A DNA stretch of 64,000 nucleotides from Felis catus (lineage: Eukaryota), in assembly GCF_018350175.1 (NCBI RefSeq), contig NC_058368.1:164364001-164428000 (forward strand), read 5' to 3'. The notes under the pieces are model-generated. The model did not search any database and was not told the origin of the DNA. It saw nothing but the letters and a program-made list of their open reading frames with translations. Positions 24,241-37,459 of this stretch are shown here, one piece after another. The stretch's first letter is position 1. Each line of letters begins with the position of its first letter. The position numbers and the translations under genes are program-made.

Positions 24241-26487
24241 ATCTTAGAAGTGAAAAGAATTATCTAGCATAATCTAGCTTCCATGGAAGAAACTTCCAGG
24301 GTTTTTGTTTGTTTATTTGTTTGTATTTGTTTTTTTTCTTCTTTTTATAGTAGAACAGAGAACTGTATTTATTATTCCCCCAGATTGTTCAGAATGGGAG
24401 GTAGTTTTCCTTTTACCCAATATATAGACACTAGTTGCTTGGTAATCAAAAAACAAAACAAATATGCATATAGCTGGTTTACTTCTGTTATATGAAGGTA
24501 AAGTGCTTGAAGAGCACATTTTAATAAACATTTTTTTTGTTAATGATTACAGAGACCTTTTAAGAAAAGTTTTTGGGGAAGAAGTTTTGGATCCGTATCA
24601 CTTTTCCTAGGTCAATAATCTATACACAATAAGACACAAAAAGGCATGCTTGAAAAACTGATGAAATTAGCTCATTCAAACCTCTTGATTTTTGGCCTCT
24701 GTCTTGTTATCACATTTTGTATTGAAAACCAAACAAAGTAGCAGCTAAAAGTTGTAGGGCTCTGCAATGCCATATCTTTGGCAGAATTGCCTTTCTGTTC
24801 CTCAATTTTGTCAGTCTCTAGATTCTGATAAGCTGACGTAATTTCCTCACTGCACATACATGGATTCGTTTGAGCCTTTCCCTTACACTGACTATTAATT
24901 CTTGGTAGAAGCCAGGCCCCAAGGTTGGTGGTGTGATGGTTGCGGAGGAAGTGAATTATGACTGTTGATTTCTTGGAGTCTTCTACAACATGTTGGAAAA
25001 TTACATGAAGCCTTGTCATAACAAATAAGCTAGCACAAAACAAAGAGCGAATATTAATTAGAACTATACTGGAAGTACTATAGCTGATATAGTAATATGG
25101 GGGAAGCCCCAGAAAAGCAAGGAGACTGTGTTTTCTGTTTCCATGAAAGACAGCAGGAGTAAATTACTTTGACATGAATTGTGTTTATGATTCCTGTGCA
25201 TTTTCGATTCCTGTACAAAAAAAAAAAAAAAAATTAAACCTTTGACTGGATAGCAGTTGGTAGTGGTTCATTTTTATTCACCACTGCCCATAACTGGATG
25301 GAATAATTACAATTTGTCCTACCATCTGAGACTCTTTCTGACATTTGGCTGCCTCTGCCCTGCTGCTCATTTATGCTTAAGTTTGTACCTGCTCATTAAC
25401 TGATTTGTCCTAAAAATAACTTTGAAAGTCTCAGATCCTGAGCTGTTAGCAGTTAGCCTACATAACTAAGGTTATAAAATAAGCATCTGGCTAGAACTCA
25501 GAAAGCTGACTCTGTTCTCACTTGCTAAGATAAAGAAAGGTATGTGCCTCTAATTATTTCTAAAAACTCTAAAATACTGTAGGCTGTCATGAAGGATGTG
25601 TCACATTGTACTTCAGTGTTTGTTACTTCATTTCAGGCTTCGAATTAAATTATGGCATCTCTTTTCAATGTGTGGTGAAAGCTGTTTTCTCTTGTCTTTC
25701 CCACAAAACCATAAGCCAAAACACTTAGCGATAGTACTCTATTTGGTGGTTAAATATTTCCATACAGTTTTGCAGTTTTTAGAAATAAACGTATCAACTT
25801 ACTTTAAATTGATCTCATTGTGGATATTTCAGAATCACTGATTTTGGAGTGCCAGACTTATTTGGTAACATTTGCATTTTATCTTTGAGTTAAATACTCC
25901 CAGGTTTGGCTAAATTGATTCTTCACTTTCATAACAAAAGGCATTTTGGGGATAATTCCATGTATGTAAAGTTTCTAAGAAAGAATTCCTGTTTCCAGGA
26001 TTCCCTGTAAGAACATATGGGTAATTTCTCTTGTTGAAATATAAAATAATAAATAGAATGTAAATATAAAATAATTATTTTATATTATGATGCAAATTAA
26101 TTAGATATTTAATTCAATTAATAAGTGAAAAGAGACTGGTTGGTAAAGTCATACGTTGTGGTGGGTAGGTGAGGGAGGGAACAGAAATTTGAACAGTTTG
26201 AAGTATGAGAGTTTAATATGAAATTAAATTGGTGTGATATTTGGATTAAGTCCTCATCTATTGATTTTGTACTTACAGTTTACCTAGTATAATTGTTTGC
26301 TTTGAAAAACATGATTCTGTATTCTAATCTACTTGAGAACAGGCATCTTAAAGTGCTTCTCTTTTTATATCTAGCATGAAACCTAGTATACATAATAAAT
26401 TAGATAGAAGTATTTGCTAATGGTATTGACATATAAGACAATTTTTAATATAATATTACCTTAAAATTTTACAAAACTCTCACAGCA

Positions 26488-26687
26488 TTTTGTTTGTTTT
26501 AGAGAGAAAGACACACTCCTGTGAGCAGGGGAGGGGCATGTGAGGGGTGAGAGGGAGAAAGAGAATCTTAAGCAGGTTCCACACCCAGCGCAGGGTCTAT
26601 GAGGGGCTCAACCTCAAGAACATGAGATCATGACTTGAGATAAAATTAAGAGTCAGACATTTAACCAACAAAGTCACCCAGGCACCC
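26488..26687 (-). mobile_element. Older Can-SINE
   Basis: gagaatcttaagcaggttccacacccagc...gagatcatgacttgag...gtcacccaggcaccc. Confidence 0.9.
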
Positions 26688-26899
26688 ATTGTCTTTTTTA
26701 TCTTCCCAGAAATTGTTTATATGAAAAAAAGTTAATATAAATGTATAATGATTTTCCTTCTTGAGTCTCAGTTGCCTCATGTTAAACGAGATCTCAAGCA
26801 GAGAATATAACTTTTTATTATTTCTTTGTTATTATGATGTTAAATAATATAAAATATTATAGGAAAAGATGCAGTGGGAAGTAAAATTTTACACCTAAT

Positions 26900-28000
26900 A
26901 AATACCCTTTCCCACTCTAATGACAAGTTGTAATAGCCATTAATAATATTTTGTGTCTTTTCAGAAGTTTCCATATGTAAATATGCATATATGGTTGTAA
27001 TTATTGTAGGGCTATAATATAAAAATCTATACATATACGTATTGATAAGGTATATTACAAAGGGGATGTATATCTCCCTTAAAAATACTTTTATTTGAGT
27101 TTTTGTATTCAGTAACCTAACTGGAAGATCTGCCCATCTCAACACATATAAATATGGTTAAACACTGACTAGCATTTTTTTGTATGAATATGTAATTTAA
27201 CTTACCTAGTCCCTATAGGTGAATATTTATGTTGATTCCAACTTTTAGCTGTTATGTACAGTGTTCAGCATTTATTCTTCTATGTAAATATTTTGAGTTA
27301 ACCATAAGACTATATTTCTATGATAAAATCATAGAAACAGAATTTTGTATATATAAGCAATGGGTGAGGGGACACCTGGGTAGCTGTTGGTTAAGTGGCC
27401 AACTTCAGCTCAGGTTATGATCTTGATCTCATGGTTCAGGAGTTTGTGTCCTATGTTGGGCTCTGTGCTGACAGCCCAGAGCTTGCACCTGCTTCAGATT
27501 CTGTGTCTCCCTCCCTCTCTGCCCTTCCCCTGCTCCCGCTCTGTCTCTCTCTCTCTCTCAAACATTAAAAAAATTTTAAAAAATGGATGAGATTAAAATT
27601 TTGTTAATCAAGAGATTAAATTTTATTGCTTTCCCCTGCAGAGGGTATCAGTCTGTTTGTTTTTATTTATAAATTGTTTTTTGAGTTAATTTATTCAATT
27701 TATATTTCCCTAAAAAATTATTTATCCACACTTTAAATTTAATAAAACATTTCATCCAAGGATTTTTTTGTAAATATTTTTTTATTTTCCAATGTACACA
27801 GTTTTCCATTTTTATTTTTAATATAGCTTTTAAAAAGATTTTTTTGCGCTCTTAAATTGTTTTTTCAAAAAGTTTCTCTTTGTTTTCCAATTTATTATTT
27901 TCATTTTCTAATTTGTTGATGTCCAGTTTTAAAACTTACATTTTTTCTTCTTTCCTTACATTTATTTTTTTTCCTAACTTTTTCAGATGAATGCTTAATT
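26900..28000 (-). mobile_element. Highly decayed L1ME-like fragments
   Basis: T-rich degenerate L1 3'-end motifs (ccctataggtgaatatttatgttgattccaactttt; gatgaatgcttaatt). Confidence 0.45.
27369..27581 (+). mobile_element. Can-SINE (Fc-type body)
   Basis: TSD aatgggtgag / aatggatgag; cctgcttcagattctgtgtctccc. Confidence 0.95.
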
Positions 28001-28419
28001 AATCTCTTAAGGGGGCATATTTGTTTTGAAATGAAACTGATTTCCTGTTTTTAGTCTATCAGAACCCTACAGTGAAAGACAGTAAAATCAGTTTGTTTAT
28101 ATTTATTTTCTCTTAATTCATATCTTACCACTCTCCCCTATTCTTTACTCTCTAATTTTAAAATACTCTCAATTCTATATCACTAGCATTTATAAGTTAT
28201 TCTGTGAATAACTGTAATTCCTTAATATAATTTCTTAACATAAATATATCTTTCTGTTTTTACTTACCTTTGACCCTCATTGCCAGTTCATTCAATATGG
28301 CTTTATCATTACATTCCTGATCAAATTGATTCCATCATCTGAAGTTTTTCTCAGGAGTCCTAAGGGACATTGTTATTTTATCTTGCCTAGTGTACTTTAT
28401 ATTTTTAATTGCTAATGGC

Positions 28420-28790
28420 TCCTTCTTTAGGAGATCATCCTGTCTTAAACTTCTTATGGTTTAAGTGAGGCTGATTTTAACCTGCAGCTGTAGGTATCAC
28501 TCACTTATTATTACTACATAAATGACCTCATCTTGTTAGCTACAATAATTGATTCAATAAAGGACATGAATCAAGATAGAATGAGATTCAATCCTTGAAT
28601 AATTATTGAAATCATGGTGAATAAGTAGCTGTCTTTGCAGAGATTTTTAGTATTAGTCTGTAGCCATCTTTGCCACCATGAAGAAGATTCTGCCTAAGAA
28701 TAAAGAGTATAGAGCAAATCAGTGTTTGTATATGGAGAAAGCAGGAATATCCTGCTGTGATTATTTGAGCCACTGGACTCACTTCTGGTT
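28420..28790 (+). mobile_element. Old MLT1J/K-like LTR fragment
   Basis: gtagccatctttgccaccatgaagaagattctgcctaagaat...attatttgagccactggac. Confidence 0.55.
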
Positions 28791-29397
28791 CAATCCATCT
28801 TGAATTAATGCAAGGCCAATTCTCACCAACTTTTCGTTACCTCTTCTACTATAGTTTCTGTCCTCAACATTGACCACCAATCAGAACATTTAGTGATATC
28901 CTTTTCACTTTTATTGAGAATAAGAATTCTTTATGACTCGCAGTGAACTCAGTATTTTACAGGTTGTTATTGTTTTGTATGTGATAATTTAGGATTAGGA
29001 TATTTCATTATCATTGTCTTACCCATTCTAAATCTGATTTTCCTCTGTCAGCTCTCCTCCAAAGCTGTGCTAACCCACTGCATCTAGTACAAATAGAGTG
29101 TCCTCACATTTCCTTTTCAGCCCACCTGCCTTGCCACAATGTCATGTGACACAGGCTAACATGTTCTCCTGTAGCCCTCAGAAATTCTTTTTCCAAGCAT
29201 AGGACCACTGATTAGGACCTCTGAGACTGTACTTGGGAGCTTTGTGCATGTTCAGTTTAATTGAACATTTATTTAGTTGACAGCTATTTTTCATAATTTT
29301 GGGTTTGAGGCTTTCCTTTTTTTCCAGTTTTATTGAATATGGAACTTATTAATTTGTTTATATGCTGGTTTGACTAGATTCAAAGAGAAGGTAGACA

Positions 29398-30710
29398 CTT
29401 TTTCATTTTGATAAAGTCCCAAAGGTTTTTTTTTGCTTTTCTTCCCCTTGCCTTAGGAGACCTCTCTAGTAAGAAGTTACTATGGCCTATATCAAAGAAG
29501 TTACTGCCTGTGTTCTCTTGTAAGATTTTAATAGTTTCATGTCTCACATTTAGGTCTTTTAGTCCATTTTGAATTTATTTTGTGTGTAGTATAAGAAAGT
29601 GGTTCAGTTTCATTTTTTTGCATGTTGCTGTCCAGTTTTTCTCAACACCATTTGTTTTGCACAGCTTAGGAAATAATCAACAAAACTAAAAGGCAACCTA
29701 TGGAATGGGAGAAGATATTTGCAAGTGAAATATCTAATAAAAGGATTAGTATCTGAAATATATGAAGAACTTATAAAACTCAATACCTAAAAACAAATAA
29801 TCCAATTACAAATGGACAGAAGACATGAATAGACATTTTTCCAAAGAAGACCTACAGATGGCCAACAGACACATGAAAAGATGTTCCCCATCGCTCATAA
29901 TCAGGGAAATACTAATCAAAACTACAATAAGATAACACCTCACACCTGTCAGAATGCCTAAAATCAACAACACAAGATGAAACATGAGTTGGTGACAATG
30001 TGGAGAAAGGAACCCTCGTGCACTTTTGTTGGGAATGCAAACTAGTGCAACCACTATGGAAAACAGTATGGAGGTTCCTCAAAAAGTTAAAAATAGAACT
30101 ACCCTGGGGCACTTGGGTGCCTCAGTTGGTTAAGCATCCGACTTTGATTCAGGTCACAATCTTGCGGTTTGTGAGTTTGAGCCCCGCATCAGGCTCCATG
30201 CTGACAGTTCAGCATTCGGATTTTGTGTCTCCCTCTCTCTCTCTGCCCTTTGTCTGCTTATGCTCTCCCTATTTCTCTTTCTGTCAAATATAAATAAATA
30301 AACATAAAAAGAAAAAAATAACTACCCTAAAATCCCGTAATTGCACTACTAGGTTTTTACCCAAAGAATACAAAAAATACTAATTCAAAGGGATGCATGC
30401 CCCCCAGTGTTTTTTTAGCATTATCTACAATAGCCAAATTATGGAAACAGCTCAAATATCCATCGACTGATGAATAAAGGTGAAGTAGCATATATATACA
30501 ATGGAATATTTCTCAGCCATAAAAAAGGATGAAATCTTTCCACTTGCAACAACATGGATGGAGCTAAAGACTTTAGTATTCTGCTAAGTTAAATTAGTTA
30601 GAGAAAGACAAATTAACAGCATGATTTTACTCATATGTGGAATGTAAGAAACAAGCAAAGGGAAAAATACGGAGAGACAAACCAAGAAACAGACTCTTAA
30701 CTATAGAAAA
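29398..30710 (+). mobile_element. L1 with 5' inversion (inverted 29398-~29655, forward ~29655-30710); SINE inserted; 3' tail absent
   Basis: The two arms map to adjacent positions either side of ~34378 in the full L1 of this window, in opposite orientations. Confidence 0.9.
30106..30314 (+). mobile_element. Can-SINE inside L1
   Basis: TSD aaaatagaactaccct / aaaataactaccct. Confidence 0.95.
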
Positions 30711-30814
30711 ATGCTGATTTTCCTTTGTACTTTCTTAATTTTCAATTTATGTGTGTTTTTGTGACACATTCCAGAAAGAAATGTGATCAACTGATTCTGT
30801 AGTTATCTGAAGGA

Positions 30815-30892
30815 ATTTCTTTTTTCTTTTCTTTTCTTTTTTCTTTTCTTTTTTTTTCTTTTCTTTTCTCTCCTTTTTTTCTTTTCTTTTCT
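30815..30892. repeat. (TTTTC)n-like pyrimidine tract
   Basis: Read directly. Confidence 0.85.
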
Positions 30893-30929
30893 AAGAAAAT
30901 GCATCCTCTTGAACAATATTTTTTAAGAC

Positions 30930-31583
30930 AGTATTGACAAAGACATAATATGTGGATTATAGCTATTAAATTCCTGAGTGGCTTTCTTACCTTTCCCGAC
31001 TTCATCATCCAGATAACTTTCTAAAGAATAATTTTTATCTTGTCACTCTCAGTTTAAAAACCTTCAAAGAATCTCACGCAGAAATGTGTAGCTTCCTTAG
31101 TATTAGGACCAATGATTTTCCATACTCTTTTCTTGTCTTAGTTTCATCTATTGCATGTATTCTCTATGACAATTAAAATCAATTTATTATTTTATTCTTC
31201 AAAAGGGCCTTGTATATGGCCTCATAAATCTCTATTTTCTGCCTTTGTTTAGATGTTTCCTCCTTTCCAGACTCTTCTGTTTCCATGCTACTTGCTAAAA
31301 CCTTATGCATTTGTAATGACCAGCCTAAATACTACCTTTTCATGAAGATCTTCCTGATTATCCTCATTTAAAAGTTTGGTCTTATTTACACTTAAATGCT
31401 GTATTATTCATTGTATAAAATACTTTTATACAATGTTTTTTTTAATCATGTTTTTATGATTATCATGTTAATAATGTTTTTTTTAAATCATTTGTGTGTT
31501 ATATCTTAACCTAATTTCAAACTTTTTGGAGGCAGAAATTTTTGTTGTATTTGCATGGTATTTAAAAGGCGGTCTATTGAATG
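30930..31583 (+). mobile_element. L2 3' region, decayed
   Basis: ttgtcactctcagtttaaaaaccttcaa...ccagcctaaatactaccttttcatgaagatcttcctgat...ttggaggcagaaa. Confidence 0.6.
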
Positions 31584-32078
31584 GTACAAACTTTTCCAGA
31601 AACATGGCATACTTATTTTTAAATGAAAGGATTATGCATGTACATAGTTCGGAGTGATGGGGTTGAAATTATTTTTTTGAAAGTTAGATGAAGAAACTTT
31701 CCCTATAGAGGTGTGTGGAAGTATTCATCAGGCTTAAGTGTGGCATTTTTTTATTGAATAATTGCACATTTCACCTAAAGACTGATAATTTAGAACATTA
31801 TTTTATATAAAAAATCAATGTATTGTGATGTAAGTGTTAAATTTGGCATGAAATTTAAAGATAAGCATGAGAACTCAGAAACTATTTAAACTACAGTCAT
31901 GTTTCGTGGAACTTATCTCAGATTTTTAGAACAACCCCCTCTCCCCCCAACATAATAGGTTACCATAGAGAGAAAACACTTGAAAATAACTGGATTAAGG
32001 GAAGTGCCACAAGAGAGAGAAAAATTTAAGAACTCAAGGAACCTGATGCCCTGTAAACATTCAAAAAATACTTGATGA

Positions 32079-32118
32079 GAGGTGCTTGGGTGGCTTAGTT
32101 GGTTAAGCATCTGACTTT
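32079..32118 (+). mobile_element. Isolated 40-bp Can-SINE 5' head
   Basis: gaggtgcttgggtggcttagttggttaagcatctgacttt followed by unrelated sequence. Confidence 0.8.
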
Positions 32119-32152
32119 AAACTTTGTAAACTTACAAGGAGAAATTGTCTCT

Positions 32153-32652
32153 TTAAAAAAAAAAACATAATTTATTGTCAAATTGGTTTCCATACAACAC
32201 CCAGTGCTCGTCCCAACAAGTGCCCTCCTCCCTGCCCATGACCCACTTTCCCCTCTCCCCCACCTCTCATCAACCCTCAGTTTGTTCTCGGTCCTTAAGA
32301 GTCTCTTATGGTTTACATCCTTCTCTTTCTCTAACTTCCCCCTCCCCCTCACACCCCCCATGGTCTTCTGTTAAGTTTCTCAAATCCACATATGAGTGAA
32401 AACATATGGTATCTGTCTTTCTCTGCCTGACTTATTTCACTTAGCATAATACCCTCCAGTTCCATCCACATTGCTGCAAATGGCCAAATTTCATTCTTTC
32501 TCATGCCAAGTAGTATTCCGTTGTAGAAATAAACCACATCTTCTTTATCCATTCATCAGTTGATGGATATTTAAGCTCTTTCCATAATTTGGCTGTTGTT
32601 GAAAGTGCTGCTATAAATATTGGGGATACAAGTGCCCCTATGCATCAGCACA
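32153..32652 (-). mobile_element. Felid L1 3' end, 5'-truncated
   Basis: atttattgtcaaattggtttccatacaacacccagtg 3' end; ORF 32349-32552 (WMELEGIMLSEISQAEKDRYHMFSL) is the ORF2 C-terminus. Confidence 0.95.
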
Positions 32653-32854
32653 AAATCTTGTCTTAAGCTAATATGCACATAAAGGTCACTCAAAAATATT
32701 TGTATATTCCAATTTAGTAAATATTTATTGACCATTTATTTATAGGGGAGGATCCCAGGAGGAGGCTTCTCATTTTACTTGGTGTATTATGAGGAGATTT
32801 ATAATAGGGAACTTCTAAGATTGAATGTTGTCTTTAAATAACTCTTCTCTCTCT

Positions 32855-33047
32855 CTTTTTTTTTAAATTTTAATTCATTTATTTTCAGAGTGAGAGTGCG
32901 CATGAGCATGTGAGTGGGAGAGGGCCAGAGAGAGAGAATCCCAAGTAGGCTCCATGTTTAGCATGGAGCATGACACATAGCTCAATCTCATGACCATGAG
33001 ATCATGACCTGAGCCAAAATCAAACTGTCTGAGTCACCAAGGCACTC
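32855..33047 (-). mobile_element. Can-SINE
   Basis: gagagaatcccaagtaggctcc...gagatcatgacctgagccaaaatcaa...gagtcaccaaggcac. Confidence 0.9.
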
Positions 33048-33623
33048 TGATTGAATATATTTTTAAGATATAAAGATGCAGTTAAGAAATCTGAGTTCAA
33101 GAAACAGCAGAGATAGTCATACACAAGTAAGTATAGACCGTGTTTGAAGAACAAATTGAAGATGGGAAAAATATAGATAGGATCCCCAAGAGATCTTTAT
33201 AAATGAGATTCAACTGAAAATTTAAGTGAAAAGTAAGGAGACACCTGAATATGGATGATACTGAATGTTACATTGCTTCAATTTTATAGAGAAAAGGGCA
33301 ACATGAAGATTCTAAACAACAGAGTGATACCATTTGAGGAATGATTTAAAGAGATTAATTTAGTAACATTGGGAAAAATATATTGAGTGACTTTTATTTT
33401 TTTATATGAAATTTATTGTCATATTGGTTTCCATACAGCACCCAGTGTGCATCCCAACAAATGCCCTCCTCAATGCCCATCACCCACCCTCTCCTCCCTC
33501 CCTCCCACCCCCCATCAACCTTCAGTTTATTCTCAGTTTTTAAGGGTCTCTTATGTTTTGGCTCCTTCCCTCTCTAACCTTTTTTTTTCCCTTCCCCTCC
33601 CCCACGGTCTTCTGTTAAGTTTC

Positions 33624-36600
33624 TCAGGATCCACATAGGAGTGAAAACATATGGTATCTGTCTTTCTCTGTATGACTTATTACACTTAGCATAACACTCT
33701 CCAGGTCTATCCACGTTGCTACAAAAGGCCATATTTCATTCTTTCTCATTGCCACATAGTATTCCATTGTATACATAAACCACAATTTCTTTATCCATTC
33801 ATCAGTTGATGGACATAGGCTCTTTCCATAATTTGGCTATTGTTGAGAGTGCTGCTATAAACATTGGGGTACAAGTGCCCCTATGCATCAGCACTCCTGT
33901 ATCCCTTGGGTAAATTCCTAGCAGTGCTATTACTGGGTCATAGGATAGGTCTATTTTTAATTTTTTGAAGAACCTCCATGCTGCACCAGTTTGCATTCCC
34001 ACCAACGGTGCAAGAGGGTTCCCATTTCTCCACATCCTCTCCAGCATCTATAGTCTCCTGATTTGTTCATTTTAGCCACTCTGCCTGGGGTGAGGTGGTA
34101 TGTAGGTGTGGTTTTGATTTGTATTTCACTGCTGAGTAGTGATGTTGAGCATCTTTTCATGTGCCTGTTGGCCACCTGGATGTCTTCTTTAGAGAGGTGT
34201 CTATTCATGTTTTCTGCCCATTTCTTCACTGGATTATTTGTTTTTGGGTGTGGAGCTTGGTGAGTTCTTTATAGATTTTGGATACTAGCCCTTTGTCCAA
34301 TATGCCATTTGTAAATATCTTTTCCCATTCTGTTGATTGCCTTTTAGTTTTGTTGACTGTTTCCTTTGCAGTGCAGAAGCTTTTTATTTTCATGAGGTCC
34401 CAATAGTCCATTTTTGCTTTTAATTCCCTTGCATTTGGAGATGTGTCAAGTAAGAAATTGCTGTGGCTGAGGTCAGAGAGGTTTTTCCCTGCTTTCTCCT
34501 CTCGGGTTTTGATGGTTTCCTGTCTCACATTCAGGTCCTTTATCCATTTTGAGTTTGTTTTTGTGAATGGTGTGAGAAAGTGGTCTAGTTTCAACCTTCT
34601 GCATGTTGCTGTCCAGTTCTCCTAGCACCATTTGTTAAAGAGGCTGTCTTTTTTCCATTGGATGTTCTTTCCTGCTTTGTCAAAGATGAGTTGCCCATAC
34701 TTTTGGGGTCCAGTTCTGGGTTCTCTATTCCATTGGTCTATGTGTCTGTTTTTGTGCCAATACCATGCTGTCTTGATGATTACAGCTTTGTGGTAGAGGC
34801 TAAAGTCTAGGATTGTAATGCCTCCTGCTTTGGTCTTCTTCTTCAAAATTACTTTGGCTATTTGGGGCCTTTTGTGGTTCCATATGAATTTAAGAATGCT
34901 TGTTCTAGCTTCGAGAAGAATGCCGGTGCAATTTTTATTAGGATTGCATTGAATGTGTAGATAGCTTTAGGTGGTATTGACATTTTAACAATATTTATTC
35001 TTCCAATCCATGAGCACGGAATGTTTTTCCATTTCTTTATATCTTCTTCAATTTCTTTCATAAGCTTTCTATTGTTTTCAGATATTTTACATCTTTGGTT
35101 AGGTTTATTCCTAGGTATTTTATGCTTCTTGGTGCAGTTGTGAATGGGATCAGTTTCTTTATTTGTCTTTCTTTGCTTCATTGTTGGTGTATAAGAATGC
35201 AACTGATTTCTGTACATTAATTTTGTACCTGCGACTTTGCTGAATTCATGTATCAGTTCTAGCAGCCTTTTGGTGGAGTCTTTTGAGTCTTTTATGTAGA
35301 GTATCATGTGGTCTGGAAAAAGTGAAAGTTTGACTTCATCCTTGCCAATTTTGATGCCTTTTATTTTATTTTATTCTCTGATTGCTGATGCTAGGACTGC
35401 CAACACTATGTTAAACAATAGCGGTGAGAGTGGACATCCCTGTCATGTTCCTGATCTTAGGGGAACGCTCTCAGTTTTTCCTCATTGAGGATAATATTAG
35501 CTGTGGGCTTTTCATAAATGGCTTTTATGATGTTTAAGTATGTTCCTTCTATCCCGACTTTCTCGAGGGTTTTTATTAAGAAAGGATGCTGAATTTTGTC
35601 AAGTGCTTTTTCTGCATCTATTGAAAGGATCATATGGTTCTTTTCTTTTATTAATGTGATGTATCACATTGATTGATTTGGGAATGTTGAACCAGCCCTG
35701 CAGCCCAGGAATGAATCCCACTTGATCATGGTGAATAATTCTTTTTATATGCTGTTGAATTCGCTTTGCTAGCATCTTGTTGAGAATTTTTGCATCCATA
35801 TTCATCAGGGATATTGGCGCGTAGTTCTCTTTTTTTGCTGGGTCTCTATCTGGTTTGGGAATCAAACTAATGCTGGCTTCATAGAATGAGTCTGGAAGTT
35901 TTCCTTCCCTTTCTATTTTTGGGAACAGCTTGAGAAGGATAGGCATTATCTCTGCATACATTTAAGTATGGTAAAATTCCCTTGGGAAGCCATCTGGTCC
36001 TGGACTCTTATTTCTTGGGAGATTTTTGCTAACTGATTCAATTTCTTCACTGGTTATGGGTCTGTTCAAGCTTTCTATTTCCTCCTGTTTGAGTTTTGGA
36101 AGCGTGTGGGTGTTCAGGAATTTGTCCATTTCTTCCAGGTTGTCAAGTTTGTTGGCATATAATTTGTCATAGTATTTCCTGATAATTACTTGTATTTCTG
36201 AAGGATTGGTTGTAATAATTCTTTTTTTTTTATTCATGATTTTATCTATTTGGGTCATCTCCCTTTTCTTTTTGAGAAGCCTGGCTAGAGGTTTATCAAT
36301 TTTGTTTATTTTTTCAAAAAACCAACTCTTGGTTTCATTGATTGTAGATTCTATATTGTTTATTTATGCTCTGATATTTATTATTTGTCTTCTGTTGGGT
36401 TTGGGATGCCTTTGCTGTTCTGCTTCTATTTCCTTTAGGTGTGCTGTTAGATTTTGTATTTGGGATTTTTCTTGTTTCTTGAGATAGGCCTGGATTGCAA
36501 TGTATTTTCCTCTTAAGACTGCCTTCACTGCATCCCAAAGCATTTGGATTGTTGTATTTTCATTTTCGTTTGTTTCCATATATTTTTTAATTTCTTCTCT

Positions 36601-37391
36601 AATTGCCTGGTTGACCCATTCATTCTTTAGTAGGGTGTTCTTTAACCTCCATGTTTTGGAGGTTTTCCAGACTTTTTCCTGTGGTTGATTTCAAGTTTCA
36701 TCGCATTGTGGTCTGAATGTGTCCATGGTATGGTCTTAATTCTTTTAATCTTATGAAGGGCTGTTTTGTGACCCAGTATGTGATCTATCTTGGAGAATGT
36801 TCCATGTGCACTTGAGAAGAAAGTATTATCTGTTGCTTGGGATGCAGAGTTCTAAATATATCTGTCAAGTCCATCTGATCCAATGTATCATTCAGGGCCC
36901 TTGTTTCTTTATTAATCCTGTGTCTAGATGATCTATCCATTGTTGTAGTGGAGTATTAAAGTCCCCTGCAATTACCACATTCTTATCAGTAAGGATGCTT
37001 ATGTTTGTGAGTAATTGTTTTATATATTTGGGGGCTCACGTATTCGGCACATAGACATTTATAATTGTTAGCTCTTCCTAATGGATAGACTCTGTAATTA
37101 TTATATAATGCCCTTCTTCATCTCTTGTTACAGCCTTTAATTTAAAGTCTAGTTTGTCTGATATAAGTATGGCTACTCCAGATTTTTTTGACTTCTGGTA
37201 GCATAGTAGATAGTTCTCGATTACCTCACTTTCAATCTGAAGGTGTCCTCAGATCTAAAATGAGTCTCTTGTAGACAGCAAATAGATGGGTCTTATTTTT
37301 TTATCCATTCTGATACCTTATGTCTTTTGGTTGGTGCATTTAGTCCATTTACATTCAGTGTTATTATAGAAAGATATGGGTTTAGAATCAT
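33624..37391 (-). pseudogene. L1 ORF2 (endonuclease/reverse transcriptase), broken by frameshifts and stops
   Basis: Starts MILNPYLSIITLNVNGLNAPTKRH; fragments [59 protein letters not shown]; ends YHMFSLLCGS*. Confidence 0.95.
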
Positions 37392-37459
37392 TGTGATGTC
37401 TGTAGGTTTCATGCTTGTAGTGGTGTCTCTGGTACTTTGTGGTCTTTGCAACATTTCAC

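Noticed and set aside
24672..25043. 123-aa minus-strand ORF in unique DNA
   Set aside because: Non-ATG start, no recognisable domain, no convincing splice context
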